A stretch of 64,000 nucleotides of DNA from a virus (taxonomy: Duplodnaviria; Caudoviricetes). Positions 7,986 to 17,352 of the stretch are shown here, one piece after another. The number at the start of each line of letters is the position of its first letter. Position 1 is the stretch's first letter. The stretch is taken from the IMG/VR virus record IMGVR_UViG_3300048861_000178, positions 1 through 64,000 of that record, one strand, 5' to 3'. The notes below the pieces were generated by a model, which saw only the letters and a list, made by a program, of their open reading frames with translations, searched no databases and was not told where the DNA came from. Made by a program: the position numbers and the translations under genes.

Positions 7986-9674
7986 ATGTCGGACGTGCAA
8001 GCGCAAACGCAAGACCAGCAAGCGGAAGCTGGTCAAACCAACAACATTCCAGCCGCAGATCAAGACCAGTCTGCGCCTGTTTCGTCCGCAAGCCAAATCG
8101 TCGTGACGTACCTCGATAGCAACGGCCAAGCGCAACAGTACTCGCTGCAAGAAGGGGAAGAGCTCGACAGTCACGGGCTGATTCAACCGGCAGGGATTAC
8201 GGTTGCACAAGCTGCTGCCAACGTCGCGCAAGCCGCCGCAGCTGCCGCAGCTGCTACCCCGGCCACGACGGACGTCGCTCCGGCAACGGACGATGCACAA
8301 GCCAATGCAACGCAAGAACAACCCGCCGCTGACGCAGGAGAAGGTTCTGCAGATGTGGATAGCAGCACGGTCGAACCGGGCGTGGCGCCTGAAGTTGCGC
8401 CCGCTGGAGCAGACCCGCTCGTCGCTGACGTACCTGCAGCGACGGATACCCCGGCAGTCGATGCTGGACAAGAGACGCAACCCGTTTCGGGAACCGACGC
8501 TGGCGATACAGCGGCTCAAGATCCGGCAGCTCCCGTAGCTGTCGATCCGGCCCAAGCTCCGGCACAATCGGATGAGCCGGTTGCTGTTCAACCTGTCCCG
8601 GCTTCACCCTCGGACCAAGAAGTGATCGAGCAAACCCAACCGACGGCGCCTGTCGTAGCACCGGACGCTCCGGTTGTCGAACCGGTTCCGTCGGAAGTAT
8701 CTCCCGGTGCACCGGCTGATGATCCACAACCGGCCGAAGTCCAGCCGGAAGTGCCTGCAGCTCCCGCCTCCGACCAAGTTGACCCGGCTCCTGCTGAAGT
8801 CGATCCGGCAGCCAATGCTGGCGTCGTGTCGGAAGAACCGGTAGCAGTGGACCCGGTCGCTGTTCAACCGGAAGCCCCTGCTGCATCGACGGATTCGAAT
8901 GATCCACAACCGGCCGCGGCAGATAGCGCTTCGACCGATGCTGCACCTGTCGTCCAAGATCCGTCGGCTGAAGCTCCGGCCGATGCACCCGCAGCAACGA
9001 CGGATGAACCGGCAGCTCCGGCTGCTGATCAAGACGTCGCTACGGGTGACGTTCCTGCCGCTCCCGAAGCTCCGGCTGGAGACAGCGATGCAGCGGCCGC
9101 TGGTCAAACCGCGGACCCAGTAGCCCCTGCTTCGACCGATACGCCTGCGGTTGACCCTGCTGCTCCGGTAGCAGATGCAGGTACCCCGGACGCCCAACCG
9201 GAAACCCCGGCAGAAGCTCCGACGGCTGATCCGGTTGCTGCTGATCCGAGCACCGATACGCCCGCCGCAGGTGGTGACGCCCCGGCACAAGAACCGACCG
9301 ATCCGACGGCAGGTGACGCCACGGACCCTTCGGCTCCGGCAACCGATGCTTCGACTGGTGGCGATGCTACTGGCGCTGCGCAACCGGCTGCTGGTGATAC
9401 GCCCGCTGATTCGACGCAACCGACGGACCCGGCCCAACCGGTCACGCCGGAAGTGCCGGTCGACCCGACCCCCGAACTGCCGCCCGAGCCGGAAACCCCG
9501 GCTGAACCGGAACATCAGGTGACGGAAGCCGGTCTCGGTCTGATCGACAAGATCGTGCAAGAAGCAGAAGAGTTCGAACACCGTGTGATTCACTCGGTCA
9601 TCGGCTTTCTCGAGAAGCTCGAGCCGAAGCACCGTCACGCTGTGATCGATCACTTGCAGTCGCTGGACAAGTAA
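7986..9674 (+). CDS. extremely acidic Ala/Pro/Asp-rich disordered protein
   Basis: AGGAG RBS then ATG 7986; about 500 aa of A/P/D/E/T/Q sequence followed by a short helical C-terminus. Confidence 0.8.
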   Translation: MSDVQAQTQDQQAEAGQTNNIPAADQDQSAPVSSASQIVVTYLDSNGQAQQYSLQEGEELDSHGLIQPAGITVAQAAANVAQAAAAAAAATPATTDVAPATDDAQANATQEQPAADAGEGSADVDSSTVEPGVAPEVAPAGADPLVADVPAATDTPAVDAGQETQPVSGTDAGDTAAQDPAAPVAVDPAQAPAQSDEPVAVQPVPASPSDQEVIEQTQPTAPVVAPDAPVVEPVPSEVSPGAPADDPQPAEVQPEVPAAPASDQVDPAPAEVDPAANAGVVSEEPVAVDPVAVQPEAPAASTDSNDPQPAAADSASTDAAPVVQDPSAEAPADAPAATTDEPAAPAADQDVATGDVPAAPEAPAGDSDAAAAGQTADPVAPASTDTPAVDPAAPVADAGTPDAQPETPAEAPTADPVAADPSTDTPAAGGDAPAQEPTDPTAGDATDPSAPATDASTGGDATGAAQPAAGDTPADSTQPTDPAQPVTPEVPVDPTPELPPEPETPAEPEHQVTEAGLGLIDKIVQEAEEFEHRVIHSVIGFLEKLEPKHRHAVIDHLQSLDK

Positions 9675-9692
9675 GTAGTACGGCTGTTTTAG

Positions 9693-9758
9693 CGGCATAG
9701 CGCCCTCGAGGTCATGGAATCCTATAGCGGGGTTCCATGCCTCGGGGGTTCTATTACG
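9693..9758. terminator. long intergenic hairpin (CGGCATAG family)
   Basis: CCCTCGAGG.CATGGAATCC pairs with GGTTCCATGCCTCGGGGG. Confidence 0.55.
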
Positions 9759-9772
9759 TTAAGGGAGTAGGG

Positions 9773-10621
9773 ATGACTCTGATCACACCAGTGAAGCTGG
9801 GTGCTGCGGTACCGAACCAGTTTGACATCGATTACACCAAGGGCATTCAGAAAGCACTGAATGAAAAACAGGGCATCACGCCTCCCTTGAAACCGGACGG
9901 TAACTTCGGTCCGCTCTCAATTGCGGCGCTTACCCAATACCAGACCAAGCAGGGTATTCCGGCTACAGGTCTTTACGACGCCTCGACCCAGAATCTGCTG
10001 GATGCGTTTATCACGGGCAAGTATTTGCAAACCCCGGACTACGTGGATGCCGCACAGTTGCTCGGTATTGGTCAGTCAGCCGTGCGGGCTGTGTGTATGA
10101 CCGAAACCAGTGGCGCGGGCTTCTTGCCCGATGGTCGCTGCATCATCCTGTTTGAGCGTCACAAGTTCTACGGCTATCTGGTGAAGAAGTACGGCCAGGC
10201 GCAAGTGAATAAACTGATGGCTGCGGGCAACAGCGACATCTGCAATCCGCAGTCAGGTGGCTACTCGGGTGGCGCCGGTGAGTATCCGCGCTTTAACCGG
10301 GCGTTTGCGATTGACCAGGAATGTGCGATGATGTCCGCTTCCTGGGGACTGTTCCAGATCATGGGCGAGAACTTCTCGTTCTGTGGTTACGCCGACGTGG
10401 GTTCCTTTGTGACGGCCATGCGTAAGTCCGAAGACGCACACCTGATGGCGTTCGTCTCGTTCTGCCAGAAGTACGCGAGCGGTCAATTGCAGACGGCCCT
10501 GAAGGCACGTAACTGGGCGCTCTTCGCGAAGGTCTACAACGGTCCGAACTACGCTGCCAATCAGTACGACATCAAGATGGCGAATAACTACAGCGCCTGC
10601 ACGTCACTTTACGGGGCATAA
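9773..10621 (+). CDS. modular endolysin: peptidoglycan-binding domain plus N-acetylmuramidase (DUF3380 type)
   Basis: PG_binding_1 motif IQKALN..DGNFGP..ALTQYQ..TG; catalytic motifs ETSGAGF, ILFERHKFY, SASWGLFQIMGEN, FAKVYNGPNY. Confidence 0.92.
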   Translation: MTLITPVKLGAAVPNQFDIDYTKGIQKALNEKQGITPPLKPDGNFGPLSIAALTQYQTKQGIPATGLYDASTQNLLDAFITGKYLQTPDYVDAAQLLGIGQSAVRAVCMTETSGAGFLPDGRCIILFERHKFYGYLVKKYGQAQVNKLMAAGNSDICNPQSGGYSGGAGEYPRFNRAFAIDQECAMMSASWGLFQIMGENFSFCGYADVGSFVTAMRKSEDAHLMAFVSFCQKYASGQLQTALKARNWALFAKVYNGPNYAANQYDIKMANNYSACTSLYGA

Positions 10622-10656
10622 TACCTGGGCGGGCCTACGGGCTCGCCTCTATGCCG
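10615..10656 (+). terminator. hairpin after the endolysin (GGCATA...TATGCCG family)
   Basis: GGCGGGCC-TACG-GGCTCGCC stem closed by GGCATA/TATGCC. Confidence 0.6.
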
Positions 10657-10679
10657 TCGATTCTAGAAGTTTTCGGATC

Positions 10680-10687
10680 TATATTAC
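10680..10687 (+). promoter_or_regulatory. phiKZ-type early promoter motif TATATTAC
   Basis: Exact match to the phiKZ early consensus in an AT-rich gap ahead of a cluster of small hypothetical genes. Confidence 0.7.
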
Positions 10688-10773
10688 ACAATTGTTACGC
10701 GGGAGACCCATCCAGTAGATGGGAACCAATTATAACCGTTTGAATAGAGTTGACTACAAGGGAACTAACCATC

Positions 10774-11409
10774 ATGATTCGTGCCCCCCAATTGCTGCAA
10801 CAACGTGACCCCCGTCGCACCGAGCGTACCGAACCGACGCTGCGCACGGAGCGTCCTGCGCTCAAGCGCGATGTGCGTCGCCCGTCCGAGACCCTCGAGC
10901 AGTTCGTCGAGGCCCTGGAAAAGCACCAGTGGTCCAACTTCACCAACACGTACTACGACTTCTGCACCCGCTACAAGGAGGAAGACCGTCTCTTTGCCCG
11001 TGCGATGCAGTTAGGTCCTCGCGGCGTGGATGCGTTTCATCAGGCCCGTGAAGAGATGATCATGGGCATCGTGCACGCAGCCGTGCGTCAGGCGCAACAG
11101 AACACCGCCGACATGTACAAGCAACGCATTGCCGAGATGCGGGAGAAATTCATGCGCCCGATCGATCACTTTAAGGAAAAGCTCGATCGCCACGACTGGA
11201 CTTACGAGTACAGCGATGACAACAAATCATGGAATGCTGCGGCTGCCAATGAAGACCTCTTGATCGCCGAAGCCCTCGCGGGCGGAGAGGAATTCATCGA
11301 GGCATTCAAGGCACGTTACAACCAGGCCTTCACCGACGGGCGTTTTTGTCCGTGGGATCACATGGTGCGTCGTCACAAGGCGAACAACCCCGGCAAGTAC
11401 ACCGCTTAA
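10774..11409 (+). CDS. early hypothetical protein with an internal domain duplication
   Basis: ATG 10774 after AAGGGAA; two copies of F.E.L..H.W...ED.L.A.A...G.....AF. Confidence 0.75.
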   Translation: MIRAPQLLQQRDPRRTERTEPTLRTERPALKRDVRRPSETLEQFVEALEKHQWSNFTNTYYDFCTRYKEEDRLFARAMQLGPRGVDAFHQAREEMIMGIVHAAVRQAQQNTADMYKQRIAEMREKFMRPIDHFKEKLDRHDWTYEYSDDNKSWNAAAANEDLLIAEALAGGEEFIEAFKARYNQAFTDGRFCPWDHMVRRHKANNPGKYTA

Positions 11410-11446
11410 ATATAGTTTGGGATGAGTTGATCACAGGAGAAACGAA

Positions 11447-12049
11447 ATGAATGAAGCCCAAAAAATCGAAGCCCAAGCATTTGAGAACGCGCGCGCTCAG
11501 GAAGATGAGCTGCTCAGCGAAATGACGCTGGCCGCCAAGGCTACGCCGCAAGCTTATCTGCTGCGGGTCTGGGGGAGTGCCCAAAGCTCGCCGCTTTTTA
11601 TCGCTCGCTATGGTGCACCCAATGAGCTTGACTTTGACGGCACTGCTGAGGTCCACGCGCGCTGGTTCAATACCAGTGAAGAACGGGATGCGTTTAAGTC
11701 GGAGCTACAAGAATTCTGCAAGCTGCTCCATCCCGATCAGTCGACCCTGGTGTATAGCCCCAATGACGAGACGCATAACCGCAAGCGCGTCATTGCGGTG
11801 GTGACGGTGACTTACCGTGGCCAGGAATACGTCATCAAGAAGGGATATGGTTACGGTTATCCGCTGCATGTGGCGATCTTCGACTGGGAAGAGAATAACA
11901 CGAGCTGCGATTGCAATCGCTTGCCGATGCTGTTGCGTCAGCATCCTGAGCTGGTCCTCACGGATGAGGAACAAGCACTCATGGATGGCAATTTCTGCTA
12001 CGAAGGCCGGGTCATGGTGAAAGATTTCCGTTTCGAACTGCTGGACTAA
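11447..12049 (+). CDS. hypothetical protein with a CDCNR motif
   Basis: AGGAG RBS; DWEENNTSCDCNR plus a later Cys suggests metal binding. Confidence 0.75.
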   Translation: MNEAQKIEAQAFENARAQEDELLSEMTLAAKATPQAYLLRVWGSAQSSPLFIARYGAPNELDFDGTAEVHARWFNTSEERDAFKSELQEFCKLLHPDQSTLVYSPNDETHNRKRVIAVVTVTYRGQEYVIKKGYGYGYPLHVAIFDWEENNTSCDCNRLPMLLRQHPELVLTDEEQALMDGNFCYEGRVMVKDFRFELLD

Positions 12050-12071
12050 ATCGGCCACAAGGGGAAATGAG

Positions 12072-12737
12072 GTGAGTAAAACAGCAGTGGATTATGCCCG
12101 TCAACAAGAGATCCTCTTTGACATCTCGATGGAGCTCGGCATGGTGTGGTCTAAAGCGGACCGCGAACTTAACGGTGCACTGATGGATTTGTTGAATGGT
12201 TCGCGGGGACTGTTTGACTTGGCCGTGAGCTGGACCGCGGAGTTTGATCGAGACTGGGAACACAGCCCGCATGATCCCGATCGTGATTACATCGAGAGTG
12301 TGCGCGGCTTCACCATGAAGAAGTACCGTGAATTAGTTGCGCGGGCTGAAGCCGCCATGGCGAAAGACAAAACCGAGAAAGCTCGTCGCACTTACCACCA
12401 GCGTTTTAAAGGGCATGTGAATCGAATTCGTGCGTTGCACAAACTCGATCAAGTGCTGACAGTCGAACAGTGGGCCTGGGTGACCGAGGCGGACAACACC
12501 ATCTACCTCAGTCGCGATGTTCAGCGGTCTAATCACTTGGTTCATTGCGCAGCCATGTTGCTCAGTAAGGTGATTCACAATCTGCATACCCGCGGTTTTA
12601 CGTACCTGACGATCTCGGCCGTGCTTGGGTTGAGTGCTGATCGCACCAGGGTGTTGGCAGGGCAGTACGCAGTGGCAGCGCGTCGCGAAGCTGAGCGTAA
12701 AGACACGGATAGTCCGTCCAGGATGCCGTGGTTGTAA
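12072..12737 (+). CDS. hypothetical protein with a possible C-terminal HTH
   Basis: GFTYLTISAVLGLSADRTRVL resembles a sigma region-4-like HTH. Confidence 0.7.
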   Translation: MSKTAVDYARQQEILFDISMELGMVWSKADRELNGALMDLLNGSRGLFDLAVSWTAEFDRDWEHSPHDPDRDYIESVRGFTMKKYRELVARAEAAMAKDKTEKARRTYHQRFKGHVNRIRALHKLDQVLTVEQWAWVTEADNTIYLSRDVQRSNHLVHCAAMLLSKVIHNLHTRGFTYLTISAVLGLSADRTRVLAGQYAVAARREAERKDTDSPSRMPWL

Positions 12738-12806
12738 TGACGTAACGGGAGGCTGCGGCCTCCCGCCTATGACCTTTAGAGTTGATCAATAATTCAGGAG
12801 AGTATC

Positions 12807-13286
12807 ATGAGTAACCAAGCTGCGTTGAATGCGCTGAACAAACTCATCCGTGCGGAAGACGGTTTTATCATTCGTGCTGCCAAGTGTGCGGGCGTACACA
12901 TGGAGTACAGTGCAGGCTTCGACAACGAAGAGAAGTTTTTGATGAGCACTGTCGAGCGTGATAAAGACGAGGATGGCAGCCGCACAGCGCTGATCGTGAG
13001 CACTGATGCGTTCGAATACCTCGACGTGCTCCTCGCGTGCTTCCTCGATAGCGTGGAGCCGTTCGGTGACGGTTCTACGGATGTTAGCGTCGAGCACAGT
13101 AAGGATGACCTGCGCTATCTCTGTCGTGCCTACGAACGCGAAAAGGCCAAGGGTCCGGATGTCGGCTATATGGAAGTTACCTTCCTCATCGATCGTGATT
13201 CGACGAAGATCGACATCTCAAACGACACGTTCTCGCTCACGGTTGATAACCTGAACTGGTGCGGCGACCTCTTCACGACGAAATAA
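12807..13286 (+). CDS. hypothetical acidic protein
   Basis: AGGAG RBS, 159 aa. Confidence 0.75.
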   Translation: MSNQAALNALNKLIRAEDGFIIRAAKCAGVHMEYSAGFDNEEKFLMSTVERDKDEDGSRTALIVSTDAFEYLDVLLACFLDSVEPFGDGSTDVSVEHSKDDLRYLCRAYEREKAKGPDVGYMEVTFLIDRDSTKIDISNDTFSLTVDNLNWCGDLFTTK

Positions 13287-13300
13287 GAAGTCACAGAATC

Positions 13301-13325
13301 GGAGGCTTCGGCCTCCTGCTGTTTT
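13301..13325 (+). terminator. UUCG hairpin terminator
   Basis: GGAGGC-TTCG-GCCTCC followed by TGCTGTTTT. Confidence 0.55.
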
Positions 13326-13367
13326 GGAATGAATTGATCAAAATCTAGAGTAGAAAAGGAAATTACA

Positions 13368-14225
13368 ATGAAGCCCTTTACCACCAAACAACGTCAAAGC
13401 ATCGAGCGCGGCGAAATCATGACGCAGCAGCTGGAGCTAAAAGTGACGGATGCGCTGAAGAAAACGGAGGTGAAGTTCCGTGCCAAGCGCCATCATTACA
13501 TTGTGGGACCGGCCGGGATTGGTAAATCCGTCACGGTGCGCAATACCGCCAAGAAGCACCGCATTCAGCTGGTCGAGATCATCGGTGTGGCCAGCATGAA
13601 CGCCATGGCAATTCAGCTTGCTTCGGCTGCTTACACGGCACAGGGTGAGGACGTCTTTGTCTGGATTGATGACTGCGACTCCGTCTTCATGGACCGCGTT
13701 TCGCTCTCCGTGATGAAGGGGGCCTTGGATGAAGATCGCAACGTGTTCGCCTGGAATAAGAACATGACGCATCAGATCCAGACCTACGAGAACAGCGAGA
13801 ACGAGAAAGAGCAGTTCCACGCTGAAGCGCTGCGTCACTATCAGACGAAGGACGGCGTGGGTTTGATGATCCCAACGGATAACATCAACTTCATCGTCAC
13901 ATCCAACCACCCGCTGGCTGCATCTAATCCGGCCCCGAAGAAACCTCGTCTGATCGACGAAGCTGCGATTCGTGATCGCGTCGCGTATGCTGAATATAGC
14001 TTTGATCGTGATCTGAGCTGGGGCTGGACAGCCTCGGTTACGATGAAGAATAACATCTTCGGCCTCACTAAGACCCAGAAACGTGAGCTGGTAGAGTTTC
14101 TGGATACGAGCTGGGAGCGTCTGCCGTCGACTAGCATGCGCGCCATCAAGGAACTCGCTGCCGAGATGGTAAATTATCCGGCTAACTATCCGGATCACTG
14201 GCTCTCGCATCTGCGCGCCGCCTAG
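13368..14225 (+). CDS. P-loop/AAA-type ATPase
   Basis: Walker A GPAGIGKS, Walker B VWIDDCD, sensor-1-like IVTSN, Arg-finger-like AIRDR. Confidence 0.85.
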   Translation: MKPFTTKQRQSIERGEIMTQQLELKVTDALKKTEVKFRAKRHHYIVGPAGIGKSVTVRNTAKKHRIQLVEIIGVASMNAMAIQLASAAYTAQGEDVFVWIDDCDSVFMDRVSLSVMKGALDEDRNVFAWNKNMTHQIQTYENSENEKEQFHAEALRHYQTKDGVGLMIPTDNINFIVTSNHPLAASNPAPKKPRLIDEAAIRDRVAYAEYSFDRDLSWGWTASVTMKNNIFGLTKTQKRELVEFLDTSWERLPSTSMRAIKELAAEMVNYPANYPDHWLSHLRAA

Positions 14226-14228
14226 CCT

Positions 14229-14284
14229 AGAGCGTTTGATAAATCTCCTCTATGCTGAGGGGGTTTATCAGATCGCTCTTTTTT
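14229..14284 (+). terminator. long hairpin with T-run
   Basis: AGAGCG.TTGATAAATCTCCTC pairs with GAGGGGGTTTATCAG.TCGCTCT, then TTTTT. Confidence 0.7.
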
Positions 14285-14298
14285 ACTAAGGACGAATT

Positions 14299-14841
14299 AT
14301 GGCCAAGTTCAGACCAAAGAACATCGATGAACTCAATGCGATGTTGGCAGAGATCTCGGAGAACTGGACGCCTGAGATAGATAAACAAATTCTCGACAAA
14401 ACTCGAGGTAGCCTAGGAGGCTTCACCAAGCGTGGGCGCACTCACTCCGAAGAAAGTAAGCAAAAGATTGCCCAAGCGCTGAAGAACAAAGTTAGAACTC
14501 AGACCCACTCGGAGAATATTTCGAAAGCCAAAAAAGGTCATGCTCACTCAGAGGCGACCAAAAAGAAAATAGGGCTGGCAGGACGAAATCGCGCCGTGGG
14601 TGAGGAGACTCGAGAGAAGCTACGGGCGAATTCTTTGGGCAGAAAACATTCCAAAGAGGATCTCAAGAAAATGATGTTATCGAACCCTAATAGAAAAGCA
14701 GTATGGGCAAACGGGATTCGTTATAGCAGCATGAATGAGGCCGCCCGCGCACTAGACGTTACGCTTTCTACGATTCAGTACCGGGTTAAAAGTCAGGCAG
14801 AGAAGTGGAAAGCGTATTTCATTATTGATGAGGAGAAGTAA
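14299..14841 (+). CDS. NUMOD3-repeat plus NUMOD1/HTH DNA-binding protein with no nuclease domain
   Basis: Repeats HSEESKQKI, HSEATKKKI, HSKEDLKKM; C-terminal YSSMNEAARALDV; lower GC than flanks. Confidence 0.8.
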   Translation: MAKFRPKNIDELNAMLAEISENWTPEIDKQILDKTRGSLGGFTKRGRTHSEESKQKIAQALKNKVRTQTHSENISKAKKGHAHSEATKKKIGLAGRNRAVGEETREKLRANSLGRKHSKEDLKKMMLSNPNRKAVWANGIRYSSMNEAARALDVTLSTIQYRVKSQAEKWKAYFIIDEEK

Positions 14842-14842
14842 G

Positions 14843-15076
14843 ATGGCAAAGACGCAAGCAGAACTCCAAACGGCGATTCTTGAAATTGCTGAAGTGTGCA
14901 AGAAGCACGGCATCATCATCGCAGGCACGAGCATGGAAAGCGGTCATGCGGGCGAGATCACGATCCTGGGGCGAGACGAAGTGCTTTGCCTCATTGATGG
15001 TGCAATCGACCACACTGACGTGAACAACCACGTCATCACTCGCGAAGGTAGAAGCTGGGTGAGTGTCATCGGCTAA
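14843..15076 (+). CDS. hypothetical protein
   Basis: ATG 14843 after AGGAG, 77 aa. Confidence 0.7.
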   Translation: MAKTQAELQTAILEIAEVCKKHGIIIAGTSMESGHAGEITILGRDEVLCLIDGAIDHTDVNNHVITREGRSWVSVIG

Positions 15077-15079
15077 CAA

Positions 15080-15135
15080 CGGCATAAGCCCTCCCCATTA
15101 CGGGGAGGGCGATTATGCTGTCCTCTTTTTTTTTT
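15080..15135. terminator. terminator at a convergent junction
   Basis: CGGCATAA-GCCCTCCCC...GGGGAGGGC-GATTATGCTG followed by T10. Confidence 0.8.
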
Positions 15136-15139
15136 GGCT

Positions 15140-15379
15140 TTAGAGACCGTGGATACGGTTATTCTCCGAGCGCAACTGCTGTAACAGGGCATCAGCCTGG
15201 ACCTTGTAGAGCTTCGCCAGGTTCGGATGCATACCTGCTTTGACCATCTTGTCCAACACAATCCCCATCTTGGTTAAATCCAGTGCCGTGCACAGATCGT
15301 AGTTGATTTTGCGGCGGTCATCTGCTTGAGTCTGAGTGAGCTGGTGCGGGTCCTGATTGAAGTATGTTTCATGCAACAT
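15140..15379 (-). CDS. hypothetical protein
   Basis: GAGGA RBS, 79 aa, downstream of the polymerase subunit. Confidence 0.7.
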   Translation of the reverse strand: MLHETYFNQDPHQLTQTQADDRRKINYDLCTALDLTKMGIVLDKMVKAGMHPNLAKLYKVQADALLQQLRSENNRIHGL

Positions 15380-15396
15380 GTTGTCCTCTCTGAACT

Positions 15397-17352
15397 TTAT
15401 ACGACCATCTGCTCGTCTTCAACGTCCGTCATGTCGATCCAGTTGCCATCGGCATCCAGCTCGCGGTGTGCACCAGGCAAGGTCATTGCCAGAGGCTGCT
15501 GATTCGGCAGGTGCTCCACCGGGTTCAGCGTTTCACCACGGGCAATCCAGGCTTGGATCTTCGCGAGATCGGCATCTTCCAGCGCATCACGCACCACCGG
15601 AATGCCGCGACTCTGACGGAAGGCAGTCAACCACTGTTCCATGTGGGGCAAGCCATACAGGTCCACACAGAACTCTACGGCATTGGTGTGGCCACCCGAG
15701 AGGTTAATACCCTGGGCACGCTGCAATTGCTCGGGTACCCCTTCGATCCGACACAGTTCCTTCTTGGTCGTACACTTGCCGATGTTAAACACCACCTCGC
15801 CATTCGGGTACGATGCTGACACGTCCAAGTCCGCCACGTGCACCCGGATATTGGTACGCAGTTCCGGATACTCCTCAATCAGCTTCAGGCCGTTGTCTGC
15901 CACCAGATGCGCAGGCAAGGTGACGATCCAGTTTTCCAGCCCGAGCGTGAGCTTATCAAGGTCCACCTGCATCTCATCGGAGGTCGACCCAATCACTTTA
16001 CCTAAGTCCAGCGCAAAGTAATGCAAGTCATCTACCGTCCGACGCGGCTGGCTCTTGAAGTTGCTGAAGTCCGAACAACCCGAACCCCCTGGCAAGGCCA
16101 CCTGTAAGTCCAGGGTGGTCTCATCGAGCATTTCCATCGACACGCAGTCAAACACGTTGTAGACGATATACTCGAGCTTGAAGTTCAGCTGCATGAACTG
16201 GTGCCACTCAAGCTTCGTGTACTGCTCGGCTTCCTTGAACTTTAGCTTGCGTGCGCCCAGGATCTTATCGAGAATCGCATCCAGGGCATAAGACGGCTCT
16301 TCCCCTTTGGCAATCCGGATCTTGCGGTACACGCACATCGCGTCGATAAAGTAAAACGAGGACGGCGTAAAGACACTGTGCCACTGATCCGCTGGCTTAA
16401 TCGGCGTGATCTTGCCCGACGCGGTCTTCTTTTGCTTTTGACCTTGCTTGTACTTAAAGTGCCGAAACGCAGGCGGAACCGACGGATCACTGAAGATGTG
16501 AGCAGGATCGTAACCCGCACGCTCACAGGCCTTGATCATCATCTGCATGTCGAAGTCGATGTTCCAGATCGCCACGAAGTCGGGCTTCCATTCATGCGCT
16601 TTCTTCATGCACTCGACAATCACGTCGATCTCACGATCAACGATAACGAGCTCCCACTCGAGGCCGCGCTTTTCAATCACATCCACTGTGATCGGCTCGC
16701 CCTTCTTGTCCTTCATGTCAATCGCCGACAGGTACTTCTTGAAGGTGTCGTGCGCACGCTCTTGCACATTCGACAGTCCTTCGACGAATGACTTCTGCAC
16801 AGCAGTGAATACCTTCTTGCCGAAGGAGAGCGTTGCCATGTTGATTTCTTCGGTACCGTAGACGACGTCCTTTTCCGTATCGAAGCAGGCCACCGAATAG
16901 CCCGACATCAGGTTAGGCCACTTCTGCTGGTACGTCTTCTTAAGTACCGCAGTCGACAAAATGTCCGAGCCGTACAGGTAAGGGCTGCGCGCTAACTGAC
17001 GCGGGTCGCCCTGGAACCAGCTCATGCCGAGCGCTTTGGCAATCGCACGATCGCGCTTACTGCGCGTCGATTCAAAGCGATCGAGCATCGTGAGCTCTTC
17101 CCACTCTTTTTTCTGCTCGTGGTTGCGACCCCCCTTCTTCGTGACCCAGAACGGGTACGTGTAATTCTTCACGAGCCGCGTGCGGGGCTCGCGACGCCCT
17201 TCGGGATGCGACGGGCTCGGAGCATAGTGGGCGATTTCTTTTACCAAATGCCAGTCATCTTCACTGCCATTTTGCGGCGGGCAATACACGGCGAACCGGC
17301 ACTCGTAGCCGATTGGCTTTTCCGCTGCCTGAAGGTTCGTTGCTTCGCTCAT
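15397..17352 (-). CDS. split family-B DNA polymerase, exonuclease/motif-A subunit (phiKZ gp82-like)
   Basis: ExoI FDTEKD, ExoII WNIDFD, ExoIII YNVFD, Pol motif A DLDVSASYP; motifs B and C not seen; ATG 17352 overlaps the upstream TGA. Confidence 0.88.
   Translation of the reverse strand: MSEATNLQAAEKPIGYECRFAVYCPPQNGSEDDWHLVKEIAHYAPSPSHPEGRREPRTRLVKNYTYPFWVTKKGGRNHEQKKEWEELTMLDRFESTRSKRDRAIAKALGMSWFQGDPRQLARSPYLYGSDILSTAVLKKTYQQKWPNLMSGYSVACFDTEKDVVYGTEEINMATLSFGKKVFTAVQKSFVEGLSNVQERAHDTFKKYLSAIDMKDKKGEPITVDVIEKRGLEWELVIVDREIDVIVECMKKAHEWKPDFVAIWNIDFDMQMMIKACERAGYDPAHIFSDPSVPPAFRHFKYKQGQKQKKTASGKITPIKPADQWHSVFTPSSFYFIDAMCVYRKIRIAKGEEPSYALDAILDKILGARKLKFKEAEQYTKLEWHQFMQLNFKLEYIVYNVFDCVSMEMLDETTLDLQVALPGGSGCSDFSNFKSQPRRTVDDLHYFALDLGKVIGSTSDEMQVDLDKLTLGLENWIVTLPAHLVADNGLKLIEEYPELRTNIRVHVADLDVSASYPNGEVVFNIGKCTTKKELCRIEGVPEQLQRAQGINLSGGHTNAVEFCVDLYGLPHMEQWLTAFRQSRGIPVVRDALEDADLAKIQAWIARGETLNPVEHLPNQQPLAMTLPGAHRELDADGNWIDMTDVEDEQMVV

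Noticed and set aside
7986-9520. CRISPR-like or tandem DNA repeat array
   Set aside because: The repeats are degenerate, in-frame and protein-driven; there is no constant repeat-spacer structure
15397-17352. Truncated or pseudogenised DNA polymerase
   Set aside because: Lack of motifs B and C is expected, because phiKZ-like PolB is split across two distant genes
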